A stretch of 63,334 nt of DNA, the filler included, from Vannella sp. (taxonomy: Eukaryota): assembly GCA_023345925.1 (NCBI GenBank). It is 7 parts of 7 records of this genome, joined end to end, with 100 filler letters (N's around TTAATTAATTAA, not from the genome) between each part and the next. Parts side by side here need not be neighbours in the genome. Positions count along the whole stretch, not along the records: positions 37,114 to 49,851 come from JAJQQN010001264.1; positions 49,952 to 55,793 come from JAJQQN010001027.1; positions 55,894 to 63,334 come from JAJQQN010001428.1; 4 more parts are not named here. One strand, written 5' to 3'. Below are positions 46,865 to 59,960 of this stretch, piece after piece. The translations under genes were made by a program, and so were the position numbers. The notes beneath the pieces are model-generated. The model saw nothing but the letters and a program-made list of their open reading frames with translations, was not told the origin of the DNA and made no database searches. Each line of letters begins with the position of its first letter. Positions within the stretch are counted from its first letter, which is position 1.

Positions 46865-47312
46865 TCCCTAAGATTACAAAATATCGGATTAAACCCATGT
46901 TCTACCGCAAAGGAACTTTTCCTTCCACTTTTCGATGCTCGAGATAGCCAAACTTTGGTTCCTTTTTCAAACACACTTTTTGCTTCCTCAGATGGCGAGG
47001 TCTTGTAGTGGACACTGCGCGGAAGTGTCCGCGCATTTTCCCTTACAAGACCTTTGACTACTGAGAAGCGAATAAACTCCACACTGTGAAGGAACACGCC
47101 CTCTGACGTGTCTCCGTACTCACTCTTCTAGTGGAAGATCATAAGCTTTCGTAATCATCCGTCTTCAGCTATCTACTGAAGCACCGGACATGAAAGAAGT
47201 GCAACACTTACTCCCTCTCCAAATGGACAACTTACATGAGAAGTCCAATCGCTCAGCCTTCAAAGTTGGCCTCCAATAAAGGCTTTTCTTCCACTTTTTC
47301 TCTTGAAGGAAG

Positions 47313-48842
47313 ATGCACGCGTCCTCGGCCTTTCTTGGAGTCGTTCTCTTCTTCATCTTTGCGGAAGCGGGATCGACATGGAACATCCGCCAACGTCTTG
47401 CGACACATACCATGTATTCACCCCGCTCAGAGTTCTCTGAGCCTCCTCCCACTTGCGAACCGGTTCAAGTAAACCTTGTGGCTCGCCACGGTGCGCGGTT
47501 CCCAGGTGCGGAAGACATCCGCAAGTACTCTATTCTTCAAGAGAAGATGAATCGATATGCTGGCTTGTACGCTCCTCCCTACGCCTGGATGGGGACTTGG
47601 AAGAATCCTTACGGTGGGGAAGGCCCTGTGGCGTGGTTCCCTTCTAACCAAGCTTCCAGTTCCTGTACAGAACAACATTCTGACCCTTTCAGGACAGGTA
47701 GAGCACTACAACTTGGCTCAGCGCATGATCAAGGCGTGGGGCGAGCCTTTGATGCAGACTTACCAACCGTTCACCTACGAATTCCAAAGCACTGCCATCT
47801 CTCGTGCAGGTAGTTCAGGCACCTCCTTTGCGTACGGGATGTTCGGAGAATCCGGGGACCTTCCTTATCCCAAAGGTGGCTTCTCCCCCATCTTCATCTC
47901 TTCCAACAGCCTCGACCAGGACGTGGAGCTACACTTCTTTGATGTTTGCCCTGAATACGTTCACTCGGTCAGCGTGAGAGCCTCTTTCATTCCTTGACCA
48001 TGATGAGCTCATGCTTCACTATGAGTAGGACAACAAGACAGCCACAGAGCAAGCCAACATCTACGCACAAACCCAGGTCGCTGCTGCTGCCGAGAGGCTC
48101 TCACAGTTGATAGGAGTGGCACCGGAGTGGAACATCTCGACAGCAGAGATCCAGTTGATGTACAAAGGCTGTTCCTACGACATTGCTTCGAACAACATCA
48201 CACAGAACTTCTGTACCTTGTTTAACGAGGACATCACCTCTGTGCTTGAGTACTGGAGCGACTTGCAAGCGTACTATCAGAAGGGATACGGGCATTCTTT
48301 GAATTACAAGATCGCATGCTTGCTCCTTCAAGATATCTTTGCAGTCCACAACGATTACGTAACTGGGGAGAACACCAACCTTCGAGCCAAGTTCCGCTTC
48401 GCTCATGCAGAGACTGTCATGCCGCTCATCGCTCTTCTGGTTCGTGTTAACACTCACCCACATAGAGTATCTAACATGATACGCATGATAGGGGCTGTAC
48501 AAAGATCAAACGCCGCTGATGGCCAACTGGTCAGATGCTCAGAAGGAACAGAGGCGATGGAAGACCAGTAGCATCTCTCCTTTTGCTGCTAATATTCAGT
48601 TCATTTTGTACCAGTGCGATGAGGGCTTCCAGGTACGCTAACTGAAGACAAGAAGAGCAAACTGACACGGTGTGATGAAGATCAAAGTCCTCGTGAACGA
48701 GGTCGAACAAGTACTTCCTGGCTGTTCTGGTGTGTACTGCAGCTTCCACGATCTTCAGAACTATCTTGCTGAGGACCTGAAGTGTTCGTACAACGAGCTC
48801 TGCTTCCAAGGAGAGTCCATCTGCGAGTATTATTGCGGATAA
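47313..48842 (+). CDS. MINPP1: Multiple inositol polyphosphate phosphatase / histidine acid phytase (spliced)
   Basis: Signal peptide, catalytic RHGARFP, YYQKGYG, FRFAHAET and SPFAAN. Confidence 0.88.
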
Positions 48843-48936
48843 ACCGTTGTTGCATATTCTGAGGGATAGATGAAGCGGTTTATTTGCGTATAACTCAGCT
48901 GAACTATAGTACAGAAAGGAAGCTCGTGCGGGGCGC

Positions 48937-49503
48937 CTACTTCTTCTTGGCCTTCTCCTTGCGCGCGGAGCGATCGACCCAGTTTGAGGCTTCCTCAGCG
49001 GCTCTTTGGTCAGCAGACTTCTTCTTTCCGTCCTCAACAACTGGAGTAGCGATCTTGACCGCGGCGATTCGGCCTACGGGGGACTTGGCTCGTCGGTTGG
49101 GTTGTTTGCGGGCAGGGGAGACGGAAGGCTTGTTCTTGCGAGCAGGCTTGGCAGCTGGGCTGCTTGAGGACTTTTTTGTTGTCTTAGCCTTCTTTGGTGC
49201 GGGGCTCTTGGAGCGGGTTGGGGATCGTCCTCGCTTCTTGGCAGCGTCCTTCTTAGGAGCGTCCTTCTTAGGGGCAGCTTCTTTCTTTCCAGCAGCCTTC
49301 TTGGCTCCCTTGGGTGCGGGGCTCTTGGAAGAGGACTTCTTGGGTGCGGGGCTCTTGGAAGAGGCCTTCTTGGTGGTCTTCTTGGGAGGAGGGCTCTTGG
49401 ATACAGACTTCTTTGGTACGGGGCTCTTCGAAGTGGCCTTCTTGGTGGTCTTCTTCGATGCTGATGGAGAGCGGGATCGGTCGGTGGTCTTCTTTGGGGG
49501 CAT
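48937..49503 (-). CDS. Lys/Ser/Pro/Ala-rich histone H1-like protein without a globular domain
   Basis: MPPKK..., repeated SKSP[AVP]PKK units, extremely basic low-complexity sequence. Confidence 0.6.
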   Translation of the reverse strand: MPPKKTTDRSRSPSASKKTTKKATSKSPVPKKSVSKSPPPKKTTKKASSKSPAPKKSSSKSPAPKGAKKAAGKKEAAPKKDAPKKDAAKKRGRSPTRSKSPAPKKAKTTKKSSSSPAAKPARKNKPSVSPARKQPNRRAKSPVGRIAAVKIATPVVEDGKKKSADQRAAEEASNWVDRSARKEKAKKK

Positions 49504-49556
49504 GGAAACGGAGTGAATGAAATCTAACGGCTTCTCAGAGGTATTTGTAGGCCAAC

Positions 49557-49635
49557 CCAATCAATTTGGCGCGTAACCGACGAATTCTCTGTTCCCATTG
49601 GACGAGAGCCCTGTCGCCCGTTGATTTGGCGGGAA
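49557..49635. promoter_or_regulatory. CCAAT box and two E2F-type sites upstream of the H1-like gene
   Basis: CCAAT 49557-49561, TTTGGCGCG 49565-49573, TTTGGCGGGAA 49625-49635. Confidence 0.5.
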
Positions 49636-49851
49636 GAAACCAAACGAAAGATTGTGACAGAAATTGACACCGGGCGATTTGACATCGCTGGACGAGTTGG
49701 TATTACCCCGACCATGTAGAAAGGCCATTTTGCCTTCCTTGACTGAAGAAATAATAAATCCCCGCATTTCACCCTCGATCCGACCCATATTTTGGTGCAG
49801 AGAATCCGCCAGTCGCAGAGCTTTCGGAAACTGGTCGTCCTTCTCTTCTTG

Positions 49852-49951
49852 NNNNNNNNNNNNNNNNNNNNNNNNNNNNNNNNNNNNNNNNNNNNTTAAT
49901 TAATTAANNNNNNNNNNNNNNNNNNNNNNNNNNNNNNNNNNNNNNNNNNNN
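49852..49951. other. Artificial contig linker
   Basis: N44-TTAATTAATTAA-N44. Confidence 0.98.
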
Positions 49952-52900
49952 ATGGCTGGGAAGGCGAGGAGAACGGAGCGTACCAAGCCGTAATCGAAGA
50001 TCGGTTCCCTCGTGAAGACTACGCGGATGCGCCCCTACCAGAGCATTTGCCTATGGTTGGTTGTACTCTTTATCGTTGCTTGTGCGCTCATCTTCGCCTA
50101 GTTCGCCTTCCCCGCAGGCTTGCGCTTGTCGCAGAAGGAGGAGCGCCCCACTTTCTTTAGCTTTACCCTTACGGAGCTAAGCGGTGAGCGCTTCTATGGA
50201 GCAACCTTACAGGCATGGGAGAGATATACTCCCGCGCAGCTGGAGGCGAGCACAAGCCAACCAGTCACAGGAGAAGATGAGTCAGACCCATCTCTTGCAG
50301 TTGAACCGGCTACGGAGGTCAGCGAGGAGGATTCTGGGGCAGAAGAACTTCGCTCTATGCGTACAGATGACTCCTTTTCGTTCCTTACCAGCCGTACCGA
50401 CGTGGGTGGCAGCGACCGAGCCCCCACTGCTGGTGCCAGCACAGAGAGGAGCGAAGCAGTCTTCGTTCCTCGCACAATCTGCCTTCTTTCACGGTTCCCA
50501 TACTTCTCTGTCCTTAGAGAGTGTCTAAGGGAGCTATTCTTGGTCTATCGGGGCGGATCTGAGCTTCCAGTGGAGGCCTTCGTCGCCTATCTTACCAGAG
50601 TGCTTCCTGTCCCTCTCCCTGGGAGCTCAGCAACCTTTCAGATGCTCCACAAGAAGGTTACATACCTTCGACCATCTCAGGGACACTTCTCATTGTCTGA
50701 TGTAAGCGAGCTCGGTCGAGAGGGCACAGAAACTTACATCAAAGTGGGCTTTAGTTCTCCATGAGCACTCTCTTCCGTGCTGTTGGTATCCAAAAGGCGC
50801 TGCAACTCTATGCTGGGTTATTAGACGAGCGCAAGACAGTCTTCGTCTCCAAGCACTATTCTCTGTTGACTATTGCGGCAGAGACCTTGACACAGCTGAT
50901 GGCGCCCTTTCGGTGGCATCACATTTACATTCCCATTCTTCCAGCTGACCTTTTGGCCTTCCTGGAGGCGCCAACTCCATTCATAGTTGGAGTCCATGCG
51001 GACTATCAGCCATGTATGGACGACTTCCAGGACGTGACTGTGGTGGATCTTGATGCTGGAGAAGTGAAGTTCGAAGGGCAACCAGCTCTGCTGCCTCCCG
51101 CCATGCTATTACGTCTGACAGAGAAGCTGAGGCGTATTCTGGACCCGCAGCTAGTTGATATGGATCTGGCCTTCCCCCCTCCACCTGCCATGGCTTCAGT
51201 AGGTGCTTCTTATGGAAGCTGTGCAATGGCACCTCAAGGGGGAGACCAATGGGTGAATTCTCAGTTAAAGCTGGCGTTTATGCAAGAGTGGATTCGCCTG
51301 TTCAAGGACTACGCTGGTTATATAAGCTTCATTAGAAAGTTCCCGGAGCCCGTCACTATCTTTAATAAGGCTCGATACATCAAAGATCGCCCAGAAGCAG
51401 TTGTCTTCCTCACCACATTCTTGGAGACGCAAGCTTTTGCGATGTTCCTCGAGATGCACCACGAAGAGGTCGCTTCTCCTTTCGACCGTATCATCCGAGC
51501 ACAGCTGCGGGGCATGTCGTCAACCCAAATACTTCTTGACTCCGCTTTCTTATTGCACAATCCTTCCGTGTTCCCTCCTCCCTCCACTTTGTTCAAGTCT
51601 GATTGTATTGCTCCTTTGGCTTCCCCTACCACTTCATCACCACGCTCTATTTCCAGTGCTCTTTTCCCCAAACTCCAAAATGACAGGATTCCTTCTTCAG
51701 TATCTTTAACAAACCTGGAGAGTGCGAAGCCACCATCAACGAGCTCAATAACTCGTTCACAAGACAGTGTGGCCTCTTGTGAAGGGAAAAAGGAGTCTGC
51801 GGCCCCTCTGGATGCAGATGGATCCTTCATTGAGGAGTGCATTGATCGAGTTCTATCAGAGAAACCCTTATCGCGTGATCGCGCCGAGTTTTTCGAAGAT
51901 TTACTGAAATTAGAGACTTCTCGGGTGCTCTTTGCTGGTGCATTGAAGCGAGCAAGCATCCTTGGACTTGTTGAACTGAAACAGGTCTTCTTTGACCAGT
52001 TAGTAGCCTTGTCGCGGCGATTCCTCTTGGAAGCTAACGGCAACAACGACTTTTCATCGCCTACAGTATTCCTGTATGTAATGGGATGCTTTAAGGTGGA
52101 GGGTGAAAACGACGACTATCTCTACAATCACACAAAGGACTTGGCAATCTGGCAAAACAAATACTTTTGGGAAGCCGCCTTCTTCGAAGCCGTAGCTCAA
52201 GAGCGATACCAACTCTCATCTGAGTACATGGTGGGGCAGCCAATGGCTGTGCCATGGGCTTCATTAACTGAACAAGAGCGAAGCGAGCTTCAAACATGTG
52301 AAGCAAACTTGCTATTCGGAGTGCTTGGGACCTTCGGCTATCACATGCTCAAGAGTGGTATCTCCACCGGAGAGGCTTCCTCTTTCCTACTTCAAATGTG
52401 CAGACTCTGTGATATTGATAATGATCAAGCAAATGATCTGCAGACTTTGGTGAAGAATATGGCTCACATTAATGAGACTTTGGAGCCTGTTACATATACC
52501 AAAGAGCAAAAACGCGCTATGGAAGAGGGTGGGGCTCAAGGATTCAAATTAGAATACTTCGCCGTTTCTTCCAAGCGAGCAGATGATGATAGTGCCGCGT
52601 TATACCGCCGGTTGATGGAACAAAAGGATGAAAAGCGACACTTTGACCATTCGCATGAGGTCAAAGATGACTTTGGCATTCGCACTTTGTACGGACACAA
52701 GAAAGGGATCTCGACCATGGCTATCCTTTGGCCCCTTCTGGCATCTGGGAGCGTTGATGGAGAGGTTCGGTTGTGGAACATGGAGGAACACTCTTACTCT
52801 CCCTTCCGCTTCCAAGCACATTCTGAACGTATCACGAGTGTTCTTTTAACGAGAGAGCTACTCATTACTGCTTCACAAGATGCTCGTGTGATAGTCTGGA

Positions 52901-53836
52901 GTCAAGAGACAGGGAAGATCATCTATGACTTCTGTTCACATACCAGCGCAGTCAATTCAATTCACCTGAAGAACGGAATGTTGGTTTCTGGTTCAGATGA
53001 CTCTCTTGTCAAAGGTAGGAGAATTAGTCTTCTAACGAAAGGTTAGCTCACTCTGGTTAGTTTGGGATCTTTCAGATGGCTCCTCGATTGAGTTTTCGGG
53101 ACACAAAGATGCTGTCTTGTGTGTTCAGTGGATTGATGATGACCGGTTCGCTTCTTGCTCAAAGGATAAGACGATCAGGATTTGGGACCTGGAAAGCCAA
53201 AGCTGCGTGCGAAGTCTGGAAGGACACGGCGATTGGATCAAGTCGATCTCTATTGACCTGGCCCAAGGCGTGCTTTTCAGTGCCTCTTACGACTGTACCT
53301 TGCGAGTGTGGGCTTTGAAGAGTGGAGAGTGTGTGCAAGTCCTCCTTGGCCACAGTGGGCCTGTAAATTGCTTCAGTCTGCACAAGAGACTAGTTGCAAG
53401 TGGTTCAAGTGATGCCACAGTTCGAGTGTGGGACATGGATACTGGCCAACAGCTCCACGAGCTGCGCCGCGAAGGCGGCGACGAAGTGTCAGCTTTGTAT
53501 CTTTGCCCTCGGTCTGAGCATTTAGTAGTAGCTTCCTTCGACGGAACTATTACTGTGTGGAACTACAAAACCGGCAAACTTCTTGAAACGCTCACTGGAC
53601 ACACAGACTGGGTCTATGCCCTCCAAATCCACGAGCGCCCGAAGGGAACCCACGCTCTCTTCTCCGGAACCAACAAAAAAGGAGGAGACGATCGAGAATT
53701 ACCTTTCACTATTATCAGTGGCTCGTGGGACAGCACCGTCAAGATATGGGACCGAACCGGCACTTCCGTTTCTACAGGAAAGAAAAAAGGAAAGAAATTT
53801 TCGAAGATTTTTAAATCTCTTCCATCCAAAAAATAA
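49952..53836 (+). CDS. DENN-domain Rab GEF with C-terminal WD40 propeller (SCD1/DENND3-like architecture); 5' end in the gap; spliced
   Basis: uDENN DRFP...FAFPAG...FTLT...FYG, cDENN APFRWHHIYIPILP...APTPFIVGV, dDENN FLETQAFAMF, IWQNKYFWE, and multiple GH...WD repeats. Confidence 0.9.
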
Positions 53837-54033
53837 ACCGATTTCTTCGCAAACAGACAAGAGCAGTTTGGTTCATCTCTTTCTTATTTCCTGAAAAGAG
53901 AATTTGCGTTATAAACGGCGGACAACCATTCGTACTGGTCAAGTGACACCTCGGAATGCTGAGCGGACAAGACGAGGAATCAAGCGGCGGCGACGGGCGG
54001 GGGCCATACTGTCGGGTTCCATTGTGTATCTGA

Positions 54034-54714
54034 TTAGGGTTCTTCCTTTGGACTGGAGAACTGTTTTCCATTGCAGCGACCTGACCTATAGTGCTCAGGT
54101 AATCCCCTATTTGGGCTATTCTCATTTACTAAGTTTCCACAAAGCCAACAGAATTCACTTCCACAAGGGCAATGGATGTGGTTACATCCGTCATTCTTCT
54201 GAATGAGGGCTTGGCACTTAGGACAAGGCATTGTGCGGTTTTCAATCAACCATTGGTGCATTGCACTTTCTTCTTTTTCTAATCTCTCCCGCTCTTTCGC
54301 TGCTTTTTGATCCCTAGATTGTTGTAGGCGATTCCTTGCTTCTTCACAATTCTCTTCGGGATGATAGAAGCTTGAGCAAAGGAAGCAAAACTCGGTTTGG
54401 CAATCCGGACAAGATAGCTTGGGGAATTCTGGGTGACTTGGATCTCCAACAACTCCTGATACGCAGTCCTCTGCCGGGCACCATCGGCAATGAGGCTCCA
54501 GTCGAAGTCTGGCAAGAATGCGGAACTGCTTGAAGCGAACAAATTGATCGAAAGGGAGAACGCTCCGCTTTGTCTCCTCGCTTACTCCCGCTTTACATCC
54601 TTGAACACATCTACAGTCAGTGGCATGGATTATGGGCAAGCTGTCGCATGGTTTGAAGAGTACAGGGACACCATTGAGGAAGAAATCCATAAGGAGTGTG
54701 GAGGCTTGGAACAA
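54034..54714 (-). CDS. RBR-family E3 ubiquitin ligase (IBR and RING2 clear; RING1/5' end unresolved)
   Basis: RWCPAEDC...CPDCQTEFCFLCSSFYHPEENC (IBR) and CPKCQALIQKNDGCNHIHCPCGSEFCWLC (RING2 with the catalytic Cys). Confidence 0.8.
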   Translation of the reverse strand: MFQASTLLMDFFLNGVPVLFKPCDSLPIIHATDCRCVQGCKAGVSEETKRSVLPFDQFVRFKQFRILARLRLEPHCRWCPAEDCVSGVVGDPSHPEFPKLSCPDCQTEFCFLCSSFYHPEENCEEARNRLQQSRDQKAAKERERLEKEESAMHQWLIENRTMPCPKCQALIQKNDGCNHIHCPCGSEFCWLCGNLVNENSPNRGLPEHYRSGRCNGKQFSSPKEEP

Positions 54715-55793
54715 TGCCTGGAGATGGAAATCGATACAATCCGAATCAATTAGCCCAACATAGACACTACATCAGTCAGACTCTAAAGAGACTCAATAAT
54801 AAAGTTTGCTCCCTCGCTTCCAAACATTGTCTCGTGCTTATGAGGAGCTCCTCATCCTCTCTCTCCTAAGTTTCGATAACGGCACATCTTTCGTTCTCTC
54901 ATGAAGTTCGATTAAGTAAAAAGAACCCTTTACGGACTCAATCTATCAAGTATCAACGAGTTTGGTCTTTTGGGTCCTTCGCGGGAAACAAATAATGGAC
55001 TTGGGTTGTAAAGAGTGAGTTTACCTACCAGATTGCGTCAGCGACGGGGACTGATATCGGCCGATAAAGAAAGCATTTGCTTCTCCTGAGACATTGATTC
55101 ACGGGAAACAGAATGATGATGTCAATGGACTCCCGCTTGCTTGATTCGTACCATCTGCTTCAGTCCATTGGATCTTCTGTTTGATTCCTCAGAATAAGGA
55201 TCTTTGAATCCTCCAGAGAGCGAATCAGGGCCTTCCGCGGAATTCATGTGGGAGGCGAGACTCAATGTGCCAATGGCGTTACAAACCACCCAACTATGAG
55301 GGTTCCCACTCTTAAAAGTGAGAGAACCGGGTCTCGGTGGAACTCGTGGATAATACACTAAGCTTTAAATCAGCTAATCGATCAGCAGATAGAAGCTATC
55401 ACAATGAGAAGCCAAAGACAACATTGGAGATAGAAATGATCAGCGAACTGTTCTTATCAGACTCTCTTCTAGACAGACATCTCATGGAAAGCTTGTTAGA
55501 TCCAATCATTTGGAAGAGAGACTTGGACTTCATTGGTTCCTCATCCCATCTCCTGATTAGGAAGGAAACCAGTTTGAGCGAGCCAGTCAGTTCGATGATT
55601 TATCTTCTCCACTAACTGCTGGCCTTCTCCTCAGAGGCTCTCTTGGCCTTCTTCTTAGGGGGTTTGGCCTGCTTCTTCAAGTTTGCCTCCTTTTTGGCCG
55701 CTTTGAGGGCAATCAAAGGAGACGTCTGTGGAGAGTTTCTTCTTCTTGAGAGTTCTGTAGTTGCCATCCTCTGCCTGCTTGGGCATCATGTTG

Positions 55794-55893
55794 NNNNNNN
55801 NNNNNNNNNNNNNNNNNNNNNNNNNNNNNNNNNNNNNTTAATTAATTAANNNNNNNNNNNNNNNNNNNNNNNNNNNNNNNNNNNNNNNNNNNN
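55794..55893. other. Artificial contig linker
   Basis: N44-TTAATTAATTAA-N44. Confidence 0.98.
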
Positions 55894-56070
55894 GGCCATT
55901 TTCTTGCGGAATGCTCACCAACTTGGCGAGTATTGAGGACTCATATGAGCTCTCCAATCCAATGTGAAAGTCAATGTTGAAAGGGTCAGCAAACTCTTCC
56001 TTCCAGAATGTCTTTAAGCTAAATGCTTCCAAATTCCTTTGGCTGATCAAAAAAGGCATTTCCCCATCGG

Positions 56071-59000
56071 ATGCTGCTGGAAGGCATGGCCGAAGCTGGA
56101 GGCCGGCACCAGGTGGTCGACCGATTGATTCGTGAGGTGTTCTTGTGTGAAGGAAAGGGGGAGGACTCGTCCCTGGAGGGGTGTATGAAAGTGTCGCACC
56201 TTCCCTCCCTCCTCGATGACCATCTCGCCAGGGGTATGAGCCACTCCCCTCCAACGTTATCATCGGCTCACCCTTACGTAGCAACAGCTCGTCGTGCTTC
56301 CATCCTCAAGGAAGAGCGAGTGGGTCGCATTGGACCCGCTCATGTCAAGGTCAAGAACCCCTCTCTCCCCTCTGGAGCGGGGTACAACGAGCCTTTTGAA
56401 GTAAGCATGATCTCTTCGTTCAGTTGGTCTCTCACGCTATCCTCCAGCTTATCAGCCGATCCAACTTTGCCAGCGTCCGTGCGAACACTTGCGTGTTTGA
56501 GGGGAAATGGATGTTTGAGGTGACTCTCTTCACAGCAGGCATCTTCCAGGTAGGATGGTCAACCCTCTTGGGTGTGTTCACGACGGATGTAAGTGATAAT
56601 CAACAACTTCCCCTCCAACACGCCTAAACAGAGGATAGAATGGAGTCGGAGACTTCCCAGACTCGTACGCTTACGATGGGAACCGCCAGTACAAGTGGAA
56701 TGTCTCCCATAAGCGCTATGGAGAAGTGAGAGCTCTTCTCTAGCCTCTACAATGGCTAACAGGGAGAAGCGTTGGGCGCCAGGGGACGTGATTGGGTGCT
56801 GTATTGACTTGGAAGCCCGAACCGTTTCATTCTATCGTAACGGAAAGTCCCTTGGAGTGGCTTTCGAGAACGTGAGGGCCAAAGAAGAAGGAATGGCGTA
56901 TTTCCCCACAGTGTCTTTGTCTTTCAGTGAGCAGTGCTTGATGAACTTCGGAGCCCTTCCAATTCGTTATCCAGTGCCAGGATATGAGCTGCTTCAGCTT
57001 GATGCAGAGATTTATACCGACTTGGCAACTTACTTAGTAGACTGCATTGGCCGATTGGTGCCATTCCTTGGCAAAGTGCTGTCCAACTCAAAGCACCTCA
57101 CTGACTGGGCTGAAGGACAGAAAGAAGCTTCTCCTTCAAATAATGACGTCCTGCTAGTCTTTGCAAACATTATGGAAGTGTTTGCACCCCTTATGTGCTC
57201 TCAACACACCGCCACTGCATTATACACCCTCCTTCTCTCCCTTGAAGAGACGGAGCTTGGCCACTTGTTCCAAGCTTTGAGTCTCTGCTTTGTTGACGAA
57301 AAGGAAATTTCGGTGTTCTTGAAGAGCCTTCTTGGATGCATTGTGTACCACTCCCGCATCGCCTCCTGGGTGCCTCCTTCGAATGGATCCACTCCAATGG
57401 TTCAGCTGTTCCACCGATTGGCACGAATTGATTTGGTGGCGTCTTTCCTTGAGAAACATCCAGAACAGCTCTCTTCCTACTTAGAACGGATATTAGACTC
57501 TTCACTGCCCAATAGCAGTGACTTGGGAACCATTTTCTCCCCTTTGCCAGAAGATATCGACGAAATACTTCTCCCTGACGTGGCCACGTTTCCAAGTGTG
57601 CTTGAAAGCATCAGAGAGAACGAACAGGCTATCTACCAGCTTGTCAAGTACTTATTGCTCATTCCAGGAGAGCAGCCACTGGCTGGCTGTTTCCGGGTGT
57701 GGCTCTGTGCGATGTTGAAACGCAACAAAGGCCGCGTTCGAGACTCAATTCCGTCAGATCTCAACAACCTCCAGACCCTCTTCAACGTATACACTTCTCT
57801 CTTGCTCTTCCTAGAGGAGCATGTCCCTTCGGAGTCCATTGTATTGCCTAACGTGGATCGGTTTCTCCTATCAAGAGCATCTGATGCACACGATATGATA
57901 CGGATTGGTGGGACATTCAGCCACTTGTCATCCTCAAATGAGGTGGAAGATGATGCTGTGATTGACAACGAATTGGTCCTCGAAATGTTCTACTCTGTGG
58001 CCCTTCTCGCCCACTTGGGAGTGGCAAAGGCACTGAAAGCCGTAGAGGACAACAAACAGACAAACGAGAAGCTCTTCAAGGAGATCACAACCAAGTCCTT
58101 GGACGCTTCCCTGAAACAGAAACGGAGAGGACGAATTCTGCAGTGCTTGTGGGACCACTCTTATTGGCTACGACAGTGGAACACTCCTCTCATTTGGAAG
58201 AAGGTTGTCCGCATCGCGGCCTCTGTGGAATTCATGTCATCTTTGGGACCAGTGCCATTCAAGTATGTACCTGAGTTCTTCTATGCAGTTATGTGTGAAG
58301 TGGAATATCCTTTCAGTGGAACAACTCCAGCCCTCCTCCCTGAAGGACTTGGTATTTACACGTCCGTGCTGATTCACAGTATAAGCTCAAAGGAGATACA
58401 AAGCGTTGGTAAGTGATCTCATTTGTCTCCCTTTGTACATACTCCTGACCCAATAGTAGACATCAAAGGAAAGACTATCCTCCTGTTGAACCAAATGCTT
58501 CAAAAGCCCGATTTCTTTGCCTTTTTGCAGACTCAAGAGAGCTCTCAGCAACTCATTCCAGCACTCGTTGAGGCATTTAGCTTCAGCCAGTAAGCCCCTC
58601 TTCTATCCTTTGCAGGCGAATCTCTAACGAAAGTAGTTTGTGGTTGTTTGTGTCCGACATTTTCGCCCAATTCTGGAAAGGAACCAACTTTGGAAGAGGA
58701 GGGGTCCCCTTGGTGCCAGAAATGTTCCAAAAGCGATTCATTGCTTTGGCTGAGGAGCAACCAGAGAAGCTGAACACTTTCGCCAACTCGTTGGTTTCGA
58801 ATGTGAACTCTGTTTTGACTGAATTCCGAGTTGGATGCCAAAGTTTGGACAAATCCGACGAAAGAACAATCAAAAAGACCGCTCTGATGTATGACCTCTC
58901 CTGCAAACTCCTCCGAATCATTGAAATAGTCTGTTTGGCAACCCCACAAGTGTTTCTGGGGTCCCATCTGAACATCATCCGCCTGGCCGAACTGATTCTT

Positions 59001-59609
59001 TTGGCTCTAGCCACTGTTCAAACCCCTCCTTATGACAAGCACTTTGCCCAATTCCTCGGCCGAACAGTGTCCAAGCAGGAATTCCTGCAACACCGCCACG
59101 TTTACTCTATTTACGGGCCAATCACCGGAATCCTCGTCAATCTCCACTCCGCTGAGTCGGACGGCCTTCATGTGGACCAGATTCTGGCGCAAGTAGATGG
59201 TGCATTGAACGTTGGCATGTTTGAGAACCTCTCGGGGTTCCCGTGGGCGGAGTCTGGGAAGACAGACTCTGACAATCTCCCTTTGTCCCTTGCTCGGCTT
59301 GAGACCTTCTTGCAGGTTCTCAAGAAGACTTACGAAGCTCGGACTGTCTCCAACGATCAAGCAGGTTCAAATGATGACGATGATGACGACAACTTGTGCC
59401 CCATTTGCTTCTCCTACGACATCGACGTGAAGTTCGTCCCTTGCGATCACCGATCTTGCAGACAGTACGTTCCTTTCCCTTCTCCAACGCTTCACACTGA
59501 CCCCTCTGCTAGATGTATCATGCGCCACTTGATCGAGCACAAGAACTGTTTCTTCTGTAACGCCATCGTCGAGGAGGTGATCCCAACTGCTTCGGAAGAA
59601 GATGCATAA
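56071..59609 (+). CDS. RNF123: SPRY-RING E3 ligase RNF123/KPC1/RKP (spliced)
   Basis: SNFASVRANTCVFEGKWMFEV...QVGW...GVGD...SYAYDGNR...W..GDVIGCCIDL (SPRY), RIGGTFSHL, YVPEFFY, and C-terminal RING CPICFS...PCDHRSC..CI..HL...CFFC. Confidence 0.92.
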
Positions 59610-59629
59610 AGTGAGGCGACAGCGCCAAT

Positions 59630-59872
59630 TTACTGAGAAGCCTTGGAAGGGACGTATGTGGGCTGAGGCAAGCTCTGCAAGAGCGAAGTAGGCCAATAGC
59701 GCCCAGAGAACAGAACCGTGGGCAGCTGCTCCACGCAGAGTCGTTGCAAGTCCTCCTTCACCTTTGGATCCACTTGGAAAGTGCGTTTCTCTTCCACCTC
59801 AGTCACCTTCGCGGTGCAATAACCCGCTCTCCCAGCGCTCCTCCAAACTGCAAGACCGCGCGCCGCCAACAT
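59630..59872 (-). CDS. Small hypothetical protein with a mitochondrial-presequence-like N-terminus
   Basis: MLAARGLAVWRSAGRAGYC is Arg-rich and acid-free. The ORF fills the gap between RNF123 and tepsin. Confidence 0.45.
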   Translation of the reverse strand: MLAARGLAVWRSAGRAGYCTAKVTEVEEKRTFQVDPKVKEDLQRLCVEQLPTVLFSGRYWPTSLLQSLPQPTYVPSKASQ

Positions 59873-59960
59873 GTTCCTCGAGAGCCCTAAAAAATGACCA
59901 AACTAACCAAACCTTTCCAAAGTTGATTTTTGTAGACTAATTTGAACATTTAATGGAGCC

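Noticed and set aside
48884..49516. Hydrophobic Phe/Leu-rich 210-aa ORF
   Set aside because: Antisense of the Lys-rich H1-like gene (AAG codons read as CTT/TTC).
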